From the NCBI GenBank assembly GCA_003193925.1, contig PSPG01000013.1, positions 1 to 47,040 on the forward strand: a DNA stretch of 47,040 nucleotides, written 5' to 3'. A program made the translations under genes and the position numbers. Below, piece after piece: positions 12,009-21,077 of the stretch. How positions within the stretch are numbered: position 1 is the stretch's first letter; each line of letters opens with the position of its first letter. The DNA is from Candidatus Thalassarchaeum betae. Lineage in GTDB: Archaea; Thermoplasmatota; Poseidoniia; Poseidoniales; Thalassarchaeaceae. The notes beneath the pieces are model-generated. The model was not told the DNA's origin, ran no database searches, and saw nothing but the letters and a program-made list of their open reading frames with translations.

Positions 12009-13550
12009 GTGCGCGAGGTCACTACGAAGAGCATCAAACTCAGCCGTGACCTCGATGGAATGCTCTCCGAGGCTCTCGAACGGGACCTTTTGGTCAGGAT
12101 AGGATGGGGGCGCGGAGGCGACGAGAAGCCCAAGAAGGGGGAGATAGGAGCCATCACTCATCTACCTCCGAAATCCAGGGTTCTCCTCCTAGGCGACCTA
12201 GGCGAGTGCGCCGGAGCGATGAACCGCGGTGGCAGCTTCACTCTCCAAGGCTCGAGCACTTCGATGCTCGGGGCGTTCCAGCAAGACGGCCGTATAGTCG
12301 TCGAGAAGGACGTCGGCGACCGGTTGGGACACAGGATGACCGGTGGGTCGATCACAGTCCAGGGCTCTGCCGGTGACGAGGCCGGCGCCGGTATGCTCGG
12401 AGGTACGGTCATCGTGCGCGGACATGCTGGCAAGAGGGTCGGGGCCGGGATGGGTGACGGCACCGTGATCGTCCTCGGCTCGGTCGGCTCAGAGCCCGGA
12501 GTCGGCATGACCGGCGGGCGAGTGGTCATCGCAGGCAGCTGTCCGCCGCCCGGCGATGGGACTGCCATGCGAGGCATAGACGCCTCGGAGATATCGCAAC
12601 TCTCGGAGCACCTCGAGCCGCTGGGGCTGACTCTCGAGGATGATGCTCTCGTGCTAGTCCCATCAGACTCAGCACCCACTGTGGCTGAGAGCCCCGAGTC
12701 ATTCGTGGCCGAGGGCTTCGGGAGCATCGCTCTGGTCCCGTCAAACACAGACCGGCTCTCGGACCACTCGCCTCTTGACCCGTACACTCTCCTGATGCCG
12801 CTCGGCTCCGATGAAGGGGGGGTGCTGTTCCCCATACCTTGGCTGGTCGAGTGCGAATCCGCATACGAGTGGGGAGGGGGGATGGCAGCAGAGCAACCTG
12901 CCCTGGTGAGGACTTCGCCGCGTGCGAGCGACCTTCTGCTAGTCGGCGAGTCGGAACTTGTGGATTGCGCTTCATTCCTGAGCGGCTGCGCCGGAGTCGT
13001 CCTCGACCTAGCGAGTCTGCCACCGCTCAATGACGCCGAGATCGAGGCGGTGTTGGTCTCAATCTCAAGCAGGATGCCCGAGGACTCTCTGGTGCTGCTT
13101 CGAGACTGCGTGGACCGGGTCGATCACCTGTTCAGACTGGTGGTCGAACTGGACCTCGATGGTGCGGTGATTGACGCTGCTGCCCCGGGAGGTGGCCGTG
13201 CGGCCTCGGCGCTGCCGAGGATCGGTCTTGCGGCAAGAGCGATGAACCTGATCGAGCAAGGCCGTCATCTGATGATAGAGCTCGACGAGTCACCGAGCGC
13301 CGAGGACCTCCTGATCGCAGTAGGAGCGGGGTGCCCGGTCATCGTTGCGCCACCGCCCGAGGAGGGGCTCGAGGATCTGCTGTCTTGGCTCGACTCGACC
13401 CTGAGGGGGTGGATGCGTGAGCTCGGCGTGGACGGCCTGGAGAAGGTCACCCGCCGCAACCTGCGCGCCTTGGACTACGACACCGCGGCTATCAGCGGCC
13501 TGCGCCTCGTGGGCTACGACCGCCCGCTACCGATGTGGCTGGGCAACTGA
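12009..13550 (+). CDS. GXGXG (GltB domain 3/FwdC-like) beta-helix fused to a degenerate glutamate-synthase FMN-binding-like domain
   Basis: Repeated G..M.GG.[VI].V.G units in the N-terminal ~180 aa; C-terminus (LRGWMRELGV..LEKVTRRNLRAL..AAISG) resembles the end of GltB domain 2. Confidence 0.7.
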   Translation: MREVTTKSIKLSRDLDGMLSEALERDLLVRIGWGRGGDEKPKKGEIGAITHLPPKSRVLLLGDLGECAGAMNRGGSFTLQGSSTSMLGAFQQDGRIVVEKDVGDRLGHRMTGGSITVQGSAGDEAGAGMLGGTVIVRGHAGKRVGAGMGDGTVIVLGSVGSEPGVGMTGGRVVIAGSCPPPGDGTAMRGIDASEISQLSEHLEPLGLTLEDDALVLVPSDSAPTVAESPESFVAEGFGSIALVPSNTDRLSDHSPLDPYTLLMPLGSDEGGVLFPIPWLVECESAYEWGGGMAAEQPALVRTSPRASDLLLVGESELVDCASFLSGCAGVVLDLASLPPLNDAEIEAVLVSISSRMPEDSLVLLRDCVDRVDHLFRLVVELDLDGAVIDAAAPGGGRAASALPRIGLAARAMNLIEQGRHLMIELDESPSAEDLLIAVGAGCPVIVAPPPEEGLEDLLSWLDSTLRGWMRELGVDGLEKVTRRNLRALDYDTAAISGLRLVGYDRPLPMWLGN

Positions 13551-13558
13551 GGTGAGAC

Positions 13559-15313
13559 ATGCCTACTCTGAACCTCCAGCACGCGCTCCTGAGGTACATA
13601 CAGGAAATCAACGGCGCTGGGCACGATGCGGCGGGGTGGTCCGACTGGCTGCCGGCAATCGGCTGCCCGGTCGAGGGCAACGACGACGAGGCCGTCGATG
13701 TCGAGGTCTTCCCCGACCGCCCAGACCTGCTAAGCCACGAGACGATAGCCAGAGCGGCCCGCTCATTCCTCGGTTCGGCTGTGGAAGACCCCTCGATGGA
13801 GGTCTCGGACAGCGGCGTCGAACTGGTGGTCGACCCATCACTGGCCGAAGTCAGACCTGTGATACTCGCCGCCATCGTGAGAGGGGTGGACACGGGGAGC
13901 ACGAGCGCGGAGAGGGACGAGTTCATCCAGTCGTTGATGGACCACCAGGAGAAGCTACATCTGACTCTTGGCAGAAAGCGGAGATTCTCGTCGATAGGGG
14001 TTCACGACCTGTCGGCCCTAGCGGCGCCGTTCAGGGTGGTCACCGTCCCGGCATCACACTCCTTCGTGCCTCTGGCGATGACCGAGGAGATGAGCATAGA
14101 ACAGATTCTCGGCGAGCATCCCAAGGGGATGGAATACGCCCACCTCATGGAGGAGCTGGACTCGTACCCTGTGATTCTGGACTCCAACGACGACATACTC
14201 TCCTTCCCGCCGATCATCAACGGTGACCACACCACGGTCACTGAGGCGACCTCTGACTTCTTCATCGACGTGACCGGATGGGACCAGAGGGCCTGCGAGG
14301 CCTGCCTGATGCTGGTCTGCCTCTCACTCGCGGAGAGGGGCGGCAGCGTCGAGAGCGTCCACGTCACCGGTCACGACGGTGCGACCACTTCCACTCCCCG
14401 AGGCGATGCGCGTGAGCATCGCATACCGCATCGCCTGATACAGAAGATCCTTGGACTGGACCTGGGTTCTGATGAGATCGCGGCCGCGCTGACGAGGATG
14501 GGCGGGCAGCTGATCGAGTCACGGACAGTCACCGACGGGACGAACTCGGTTGAGAGGTGGGCCGACTGCGCGGTTGGCGAGCGAGAACACGTCGTAGTGA
14601 TGCCGCGATGGCGCAGCGACATAATGCACCCCATTGACGTCGTCGAGGACATCGCAATCGGCTACGGTTACGACAACATGCCAGAGCAACTGTCGGCGCT
14701 CCACATGGACGCCATTCCACTCAAGTCCTCACACCTGAACCGCAGGGCGCGCGCGAGCCTGCGTGCGCTGGGCATCCAAGAGACGCAGAGCCTGACCCTC
14801 TCGAACGAGAGGGACCAGTTCAAGCTCCTCAGATGGCCACATGAAGGGGGGATGTCGGTGATCGCGAACCCGATTACGGGCGATCATACCATGCTGCGGC
14901 AGTACATCCTCCCCTCCCTGTTGAGGCTGCTAGCGGCCAACCGCCACCACGAGTTGCCTCAGAGGGTGTATGAACTGGGCACAGTGGTGCGTGACTCGGC
15001 CAACGCGACGAGGGTCGCGTGGGCGTGCGCGGAGGTAGGGGGCGGGTTCACCGCTGCCAAAGGCATCGCGCAGGCCCTCCTGAGGGACCTCGGAGCCGAG
15101 GTCGGAGAGGTCCGCTTCGTAGCGTTAGGCGCCCAAGACGGGCCTTGGATTGACGGCAGGGGAGCTGGGGTCATGGTATCTGAGGAGGTAGTGGGGCAGT
15201 TTGGCGAGGTCGACCCAGCAGTGAGTCACGAGTTCGGACTCAGGTCGCCCATACAAGCAGGGGAATTCGACATCGACGCCATGGGCCGACTGATACCGGA
15301 CCCTGTCCTCTGA
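13559..15313 (+). CDS. pheT: Phenylalanine--tRNA ligase beta subunit (archaeal type)
   Basis: DRPDLLS, QEKLH.TLGRKR, LSFPPIING, RSDIMHPIDVVEDIAIGYGY; GAGGTGA RBS upstream. Confidence 0.96.
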   Translation: MPTLNLQHALLRYIQEINGAGHDAAGWSDWLPAIGCPVEGNDDEAVDVEVFPDRPDLLSHETIARAARSFLGSAVEDPSMEVSDSGVELVVDPSLAEVRPVILAAIVRGVDTGSTSAERDEFIQSLMDHQEKLHLTLGRKRRFSSIGVHDLSALAAPFRVVTVPASHSFVPLAMTEEMSIEQILGEHPKGMEYAHLMEELDSYPVILDSNDDILSFPPIINGDHTTVTEATSDFFIDVTGWDQRACEACLMLVCLSLAERGGSVESVHVTGHDGATTSTPRGDAREHRIPHRLIQKILGLDLGSDEIAAALTRMGGQLIESRTVTDGTNSVERWADCAVGEREHVVVMPRWRSDIMHPIDVVEDIAIGYGYDNMPEQLSALHMDAIPLKSSHLNRRARASLRALGIQETQSLTLSNERDQFKLLRWPHEGGMSVIANPITGDHTMLRQYILPSLLRLLAANRHHELPQRVYELGTVVRDSANATRVAWACAEVGGGFTAAKGIAQALLRDLGAEVGEVRFVALGAQDGPWIDGRGAGVMVSEEVVGQFGEVDPAVSHEFGLRSPIQAGEFDIDAMGRLIPDPVL

Positions 15314-15319
15314 GCCCGC

Positions 15320-15523
15320 TCACTTCTTCTTCGGCTCGTCGCCGAGCAGTGCCATGGCGTCCTTGAAGCCCTTGTCATCGAGGTGGCTGCGGTCCGCCAT
15401 CGTCTCCTCGGCAGAGCGGTCCGGCTTCCTCTCGTACTCGACGACCCGCCTCTTCTTGGGAATCTTCGCTTGGCGCGGCTCGGCTCCCTTCTTCCCGAAG
15501 GGCCACTTCAGCGCCATGGGCAT
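15320..15523 (-). CDS. Small hypothetical charged protein
   Basis: 67-aa ORF filling the gap after pheT with genome-typical codon usage; no recognisable motif. Confidence 0.55.
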   Translation of the reverse strand: MPMALKWPFGKKGAEPRQAKIPKKRRVVEYERKPDRSAEETMADRSHLDDKGFKDAMALLGDEPKKK

Positions 15524-15601
15524 GCAACAGCACCCTAGACCATCAACACTTCGTATGATTCGCTATCGTGAGGGGGAGGGATAAAAGAGTGAGAATGATG
15601 G

Positions 15602-18475
15602 GTGTCGCCTGTGAATGAGAGTCAGTTGACCATGATTCTCATTTTCTTGCTGATTGCATCTAACCATTCGCCGAGCACCTTGGATCCACCGAATGAAGAT
15701 GCGGATTCCCGCGCTAAAACGAGTACCCTCGATGTGTTGATGCTCGGCAATTCATATACCAACCAGAACAATCTCGCTTCTGCACTCGATGACCTCCTCA
15801 CCGATGGGGGGGAGAATGCCGAAGTCTCCGCATTGACCGGTGGTGGGTTGAAACTCTACGAACACGAAGACCGAGCCAGGGAAAGTGGCAATCAGTGGGA
15901 CATTGCACTCGATGAGTCGAACGATTACGTGATTCTCCAAGACCAGAGCCAAGTGCCTTCATTCCCAACTGACTCTCAATACTGGCAGGACAGTAAGGAC
16001 GCTGCGATTTATCTTAATCAGCGTGCCTTGAACTCTGGTGGAAATACCATTCTGTTCATGACATGGGGTTACAAGGATGGTGATTCAAACAATCAGTGGC
16101 GAAACCCAGATTATCCTTCGATGCAAGTTCATTTGCAGCAGGGGTACGAGATGTATCTTGAGAATATCACCACGCAAGCGGAACCCGCCTTCATCGCACC
16201 AGTAGGGTTGGCGTACAAGCATCTGTACGACGCAATCGCCGATACGGGAGTTGATCCAAGCGCCGGCTCGACTGCATTTTCGACTCTATATTCTAGCGAC
16301 GGTTCGCATCCGTCAATAGATGGAACGTACCTCTCCGCATGCGTTTTCCACGCGGTGATTACCGGTGAGTCAACGGTAGGGCGCGCCTATCCCGGGCAGA
16401 TTTCCCCAGCAAGAGCACTCGAATTGCAGGAAACCGCTTCTGCAACTGTGCTCAATGAGACTCCAGACTACCTTTACCCATTCGAAATCGGACCCCCTGG
16501 CACCGAATTCGGTCCGGATTCGGGCTCGGTCTTCGACATCGACCCCGGCAGCACCATCGGACTCAACTTCAACTTCACCAACCACGCCGAGGTCGACGAC
16601 ACCGCACTCGTAGAGATCAACGGTCCCGAGGGCTGGTCGATTGTCTGGTCGAATCCCGAACCTCCTGAAGTCGGGCACACATACGATGCCGCCTCAGACA
16701 CCCCCCAGTGGGTGCAGTTCTCCGTCACTGCGCCTGAAGTGTCCGGGGGCTACCCACTGGCAGGCTCGCTGCACGGATTCAGCATGCGGCTGACCACGGG
16801 CTCCGACGGTGGGCGTGACTGGTACAACTTCTCGCTGGAGTACGGGTTCTACCACGCTGCCGCCATCGACGAGGGCGGTGGCAACGCCTCCCTATCCCCC
16901 GGCGAGGTGATTGACCTCTTCGTGATGGCAAGGAACCTCGGCAACTCGGTGCGCGACCTAGAGGTCCGCATCGCGCAGACCGACGAGAACGGCTCTCAGA
17001 TCGGCACCGCGGGCTTGGCGTTCTCAGACGATGGATGGGCAGTGATCGTGCTGAATAAGGCGCAGCTCGCAGCGATGTCGCCCAACGAGTCGGGCGAGGT
17101 CCATCTGCAGGTCCAATCGCCCGAGCGTTATCCCGGAACGCTATTCTTCGACATCCATGTGTGGAGCACTGCGGCTCCGTCAGATGTCTCAATCGCCTCC
17201 CAGAGGGTGAGCATCATCCCGCGCACCGGCGGGACTATGACGCTGGTCGGAGACGGCTGCTCCGGCGATATCTCCCCGGGCGAGACCTGTCATGGCTCCC
17301 TGAGAGTCGTGAACACCGGAGACGTGTCGTCGACGTTCGACCTGGTGATAGGCCAGACCCCCGAATGGCTCTCGGCCGAGTTGGGGGAGTCGCGCTTCAC
17401 GCTGGGCCCAGGCCAGTCTATGAGCGGTATAGTGGTCTCTTGCACTGTGGCTAACCGAACGCCTGCTGACCTAGTAGGTAGCATAGTCGTCGAGTTGTAC
17501 GCAGAGGACTGGTCCCCTACTCAGGTCACTATCGAAGTCACCGTCGGCGAGCACTACGAATGGCTGGTGGAGAGAGTCTCTTCCCAACTCGGCGAAGACA
17601 ACAACCTGACCTCCTACTGGAGCCTCACTAACGCCGGCAACGAACCGGACGGCCTAGTGGTCAATCTGGACGTCAACCTGGCCACCGACTTCGGCTTGAT
17701 TCCCCCACAGGGGGCTTCGACCGGAACCGAATCCAACTCCCCTCGCTCATTCGAGATATTGAACGTGCCCTCAGGCGGCTCGGTGAGTTTCAGCGCTTGG
17801 ATGGCTGTGCCACTAGAGGCTCCCGTGGAGACCACCGCAGTGCTGACGGTCGAGGTCCGGTCGATGCGCGAACCTGGCATCTCCTTCACCGCCGAGGACT
17901 CGGCGTTGGTGCCGGCTGCCTACGTAGCGCCGCACGAGTCTGTGGACGACCCCTGGCACTGGGCTATGATTGACTGGCTGGAGGTCTGGCTCGAGTTCAT
18001 CCTGATTGCCATCGTGGTCATCGCTGGGAGCATCGGGGTGGTGATTGCGATTCGGGTCAGGAAGGAGCGTGAGCTCGCCCTGAGGGGCCCGACCCCACCG
18101 CCGGAGGAGAAGGCCGAAGAGTGGATGGCAAAGTTCGAGGGAGGCGGTGACGGGGCGCCTGAGCTCGTAGACAGCCCGCAAGTAGCAGCAGAGGGGTTCG
18201 AGGCTGACTTCATGGAGAAGGCCGGTGGGCCCGCTGAGCAGCCTCGTACCGGCCCGCGCAAGGAGGTGGTGGATTCCGCCAGCGACGTACTGGACAAGCA
18301 CCAGGCCGAGGACGCGATAGACGCGGCCTACAAGATGGCAGAGGAAATGACCGAGGGCGAGATGCCCCACCCCAGCAACGTGATGCTCGACCCTGCCGAG
18401 CCAGAAACTCGCGGGGTCGTGCCCAAGAAGCGCAGAGATGATGATGGTCCGTCGGACTTCGAATTGGAGCTGTGA
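15602..18475 (+). CDS. Membrane-anchored SGNH/GDSL-like hydrolase (DUF4886-like) with tandem Ig-like domains
   Basis: Hydrophobic N-terminus; LMLGNSYT (block I), VILQDQSQ, DGSHPS (DxxH); NxGN Ig-like repeats; TM FILIAIVVIAGSIGVVIAI; acidic tail. Confidence 0.82.
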   Translation: MSPVNESQLTMILIFLLIASNHSPSTLDPPNEDADSRAKTSTLDVLMLGNSYTNQNNLASALDDLLTDGGENAEVSALTGGGLKLYEHEDRARESGNQWDIALDESNDYVILQDQSQVPSFPTDSQYWQDSKDAAIYLNQRALNSGGNTILFMTWGYKDGDSNNQWRNPDYPSMQVHLQQGYEMYLENITTQAEPAFIAPVGLAYKHLYDAIADTGVDPSAGSTAFSTLYSSDGSHPSIDGTYLSACVFHAVITGESTVGRAYPGQISPARALELQETASATVLNETPDYLYPFEIGPPGTEFGPDSGSVFDIDPGSTIGLNFNFTNHAEVDDTALVEINGPEGWSIVWSNPEPPEVGHTYDAASDTPQWVQFSVTAPEVSGGYPLAGSLHGFSMRLTTGSDGGRDWYNFSLEYGFYHAAAIDEGGGNASLSPGEVIDLFVMARNLGNSVRDLEVRIAQTDENGSQIGTAGLAFSDDGWAVIVLNKAQLAAMSPNESGEVHLQVQSPERYPGTLFFDIHVWSTAAPSDVSIASQRVSIIPRTGGTMTLVGDGCSGDISPGETCHGSLRVVNTGDVSSTFDLVIGQTPEWLSAELGESRFTLGPGQSMSGIVVSCTVANRTPADLVGSIVVELYAEDWSPTQVTIEVTVGEHYEWLVERVSSQLGEDNNLTSYWSLTNAGNEPDGLVVNLDVNLATDFGLIPPQGASTGTESNSPRSFEILNVPSGGSVSFSAWMAVPLEAPVETTAVLTVEVRSMREPGISFTAEDSALVPAAYVAPHESVDDPWHWAMIDWLEVWLEFILIAIVVIAGSIGVVIAIRVRKERELALRGPTPPPEEKAEEWMAKFEGGGDGAPELVDSPQVAAEGFEADFMEKAGGPAEQPRTGPRKEVVDSASDVLDKHQAEDAIDAAYKMAEEMTEGEMPHPSNVMLDPAEPETRGVVPKKRRDDDGPSDFELEL

Positions 18476-19206
18476 GCGCGCTACGCACGGGAGTGGACGA
18501 AGCCGGGCGAGGCCCGGTCATCGGCCCGCTGGTGGTCTGCGCCCTGTGCATTCCAGAGAGCGAGAGCGGGGTCCTGAAGAGTATCGGGGCACGCGATTCT
18601 AAGGATCTCAGCAGTCAGCGCAGGGAAGCCGTAGCGAAGCGTATTCACGCCGAGGCCGGAGCCCGCGGATGGGGAATCGGTCTCGTGGTCTGCGAAGCCA
18701 GTAGGATTGATGCGAACAGCATCTCGTCAGACTTGAACAGCCTGGAGATAGAGCTCTTCGGCGAGGCCATAGAGGCGGCCTCGCCACGTGAGGGTGAGGG
18801 GCGGGTCATGGCCGATGCCTGCGATGTCGACGAGGAGCGCTTCGCAAGGAGACTGGCCTCCCGTCTCGGCGAGGGCTGGTCCTCGTGGCAGGTAGTCGCA
18901 CGCCACGGCATGGACTCGGATGACAGGGTAGCCGGGGCTGCGAGCATACTGGCCAAGGTCGAGCGAGACGCCGGAGTGGCGAGGCTCGAGGCGGAGGTGG
19001 GGATTCGGCTGGGCTCGGGATACCCATCCGACCAGATTACCCGCCAAGCCGTCCGAGGGCTCGTCTCTGGGGAGCTGCCCCACGACTGCCTACGCTGGAG
19101 CTGGTCCACTGTCTCGGATGCTTGGTATGAGGCCCACGGAACACTTGTTCCAGCAAGGTCCGCTGATGGGGCTGCCACCGTTCAATCGTCCCTCGACGAG
19201 TGGTGA
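18472..19206 (+). CDS. rnhB: Ribonuclease HII
   Basis: GVDEAGRGPVIGPLVV, RDSK, AASILAKVERD, GSGYPSD. Confidence 0.96.
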   Translation: MSALRTGVDEAGRGPVIGPLVVCALCIPESESGVLKSIGARDSKDLSSQRREAVAKRIHAEAGARGWGIGLVVCEASRIDANSISSDLNSLEIELFGEAIEAASPREGEGRVMADACDVDEERFARRLASRLGEGWSSWQVVARHGMDSDDRVAGAASILAKVERDAGVARLEAEVGIRLGSGYPSDQITRQAVRGLVSGELPHDCLRWSWSTVSDAWYEAHGTLVPARSADGAATVQSSLDEW

Positions 19207-19253
19207 GCATGAGAAGCGTGAAATGCTGCTTTTTCGCCGTATTGCCAGATATC

Positions 19254-20981
19254 ATGGCCGATCCTGCAGATTGGGACCCCGACATAGTCTCGGCCGTGCG
19301 CAAGTACGCACTGCAAAATGCGGTTGAGTATGCAGGCGAAGGGCAGTCGGGCAGCGTGCTGGGCAGGCTGCTGGCAGAGCGTGAGGACCTTCGTCGGATG
19401 GCTCGCGAGATTATGGCCCTGGTAGATGCCGAGGTCGCCGCTGCTAACTCGATGGCGGCGAGCCAAGGGGTGGATGCTGTTCGAGCCGAGCTCGAGCAGT
19501 CCGCACCGGAGGCCCTCAAGCGCCGGAAGCACCAGAAGGCGCAGGGGCTGCGCGAGTTACCCGGCGATACCTCCGGAGGCGTCGTCCTGAGGTTCGCGCC
19601 CAATCCCAACGGCCCGCTGTCTCTGGGCCATTCCCGTGGCGTTGCGATTAACTCCGAGTACGCGAAGATGTACGGCGGCAAGGTGGTGCTGCGGTTTGAC
19701 GATACCGACACTAAAGTCAAGCCGCCGGTCCCGGACGCCTACGGCTGGATAGCGGACGAGTACGAATGGCTGGCAGGAAGGCCTGCCGATATGGTCATCC
19801 GGGCCAGCGAGAGAATGCCGGTCTACCTCGAGCATGCCGAGCGGATGATTGCTGGGAGCTTCGGCTACGTCTGTAGTTGCAGCGCGGCGGAATTCAGGAA
19901 CCTGCGCGAGGACAAGAAAGACTGCCCGTGCAGGGACAGGGCTGCCTCAGACAGTCTGTCCGACTGGAAAGCGATGAACGCCGGCGAGATTGCGGAGGGG
20001 GATGCAGTGGTAAGGGTGAAGACCGATATGACGCTACCCAACCCCGCCCTACGCGACTGGCCTGCCCTGAGGATTCAGTACGCCCCTCACCCCATGGTCG
20101 GTGAGCGCTACAAGGTGTGGCCGCTGCTGGACTTCCAGAGCGCCATCGAGGATCACGAGCAGGGTATCACGCACATCGTCAGGGGAAAGGACCTGATGGA
20201 CAGCACTCGCAAACAGACCCTGCTCTACGAGCACTTTGGATGGGCCTACCCCGAAACGCTGTACTGGGGGCGGGTCAAGGTCCACGAGTTCGGTGGGTTC
20301 TCCACCTCCGGGATGCGCGCCTCCATCGAAGCCGGAGAGTACTCCGGCTGGGACGATGCGCGCCTTCCTACGCTCAAGGCGCTGCAGCGGAGGGGATTCC
20401 GCGCGCAATCGCTTCTGGACTTCTGGATTGACCTCGGACTGACCCAGAAGGACATCTCGATCTCGATGCAGACAATAGAGTCGTTCAACGCCAAGCGGAT
20501 CGATGCCTTGACCGAGCGCCGCAGCTTCGTCCGAGACCCGGTGATGCTGGCCTTGGACCGCAGTTCGGCGCCCGGCGGACCGGGCTCACAGATTACCATC
20601 CCGAAGCACCCCGGCGGCACCATTGAGGGGTTCCGGGAGTGGAGCGTGGGCGAGTCGGTGGCCGTCCAGTCCGCAGATGCCGCGGCCGGCAGCATCCGGC
20701 TGAAGGAGTACGCGGACATCGAGGCCTCAGGCGAATCGGCCGCGGTCGGGTCCTGGGACAGGTCCGACGACCGACCTGTAGTTCACTGGCTTCCCGCCAG
20801 CATGGGGCGTGATGCGGTACTGCACAGGCCGGAAGGAGGACGCATGGTTTCCGAGAGCGGGCTGCTCGAGGACTTCGAATTGGAAGCCGGCGAGATATAC
20901 CAACTAGAGAGAGTCGGTTTCGCCAAGCTCGACGAACTCCCTGAAAAAGGGCCTGCGAGCCTGCTCTGGCTACATGGGTAG
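19254..20981 (+). CDS. gltX: Glutamate--tRNA ligase (archaeal type)
   Basis: RFAPNPNGPLSLGH, LRFDDTD, THIVRGKD, GWDDARLPTL, QLERVGFAKLD. Start placed at ATG 19254. Confidence 0.96.
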   Translation: MADPADWDPDIVSAVRKYALQNAVEYAGEGQSGSVLGRLLAEREDLRRMAREIMALVDAEVAAANSMAASQGVDAVRAELEQSAPEALKRRKHQKAQGLRELPGDTSGGVVLRFAPNPNGPLSLGHSRGVAINSEYAKMYGGKVVLRFDDTDTKVKPPVPDAYGWIADEYEWLAGRPADMVIRASERMPVYLEHAERMIAGSFGYVCSCSAAEFRNLREDKKDCPCRDRAASDSLSDWKAMNAGEIAEGDAVVRVKTDMTLPNPALRDWPALRIQYAPHPMVGERYKVWPLLDFQSAIEDHEQGITHIVRGKDLMDSTRKQTLLYEHFGWAYPETLYWGRVKVHEFGGFSTSGMRASIEAGEYSGWDDARLPTLKALQRRGFRAQSLLDFWIDLGLTQKDISISMQTIESFNAKRIDALTERRSFVRDPVMLALDRSSAPGGPGSQITIPKHPGGTIEGFREWSVGESVAVQSADAAAGSIRLKEYADIEASGESAAVGSWDRSDDRPVVHWLPASMGRDAVLHRPEGGRMVSESGLLEDFELEAGEIYQLERVGFAKLDELPEKGPASLLWLHG

Positions 20982-21077
20982 GAAGATTCGGCGCCTGTGG
21001 CGCCGCCCCCGCGAACCGCGTACGCGTGGTTCCGCGAGGCGGCGGATTCAAGGGAGGCGGGCCAGCCACATAGACCG

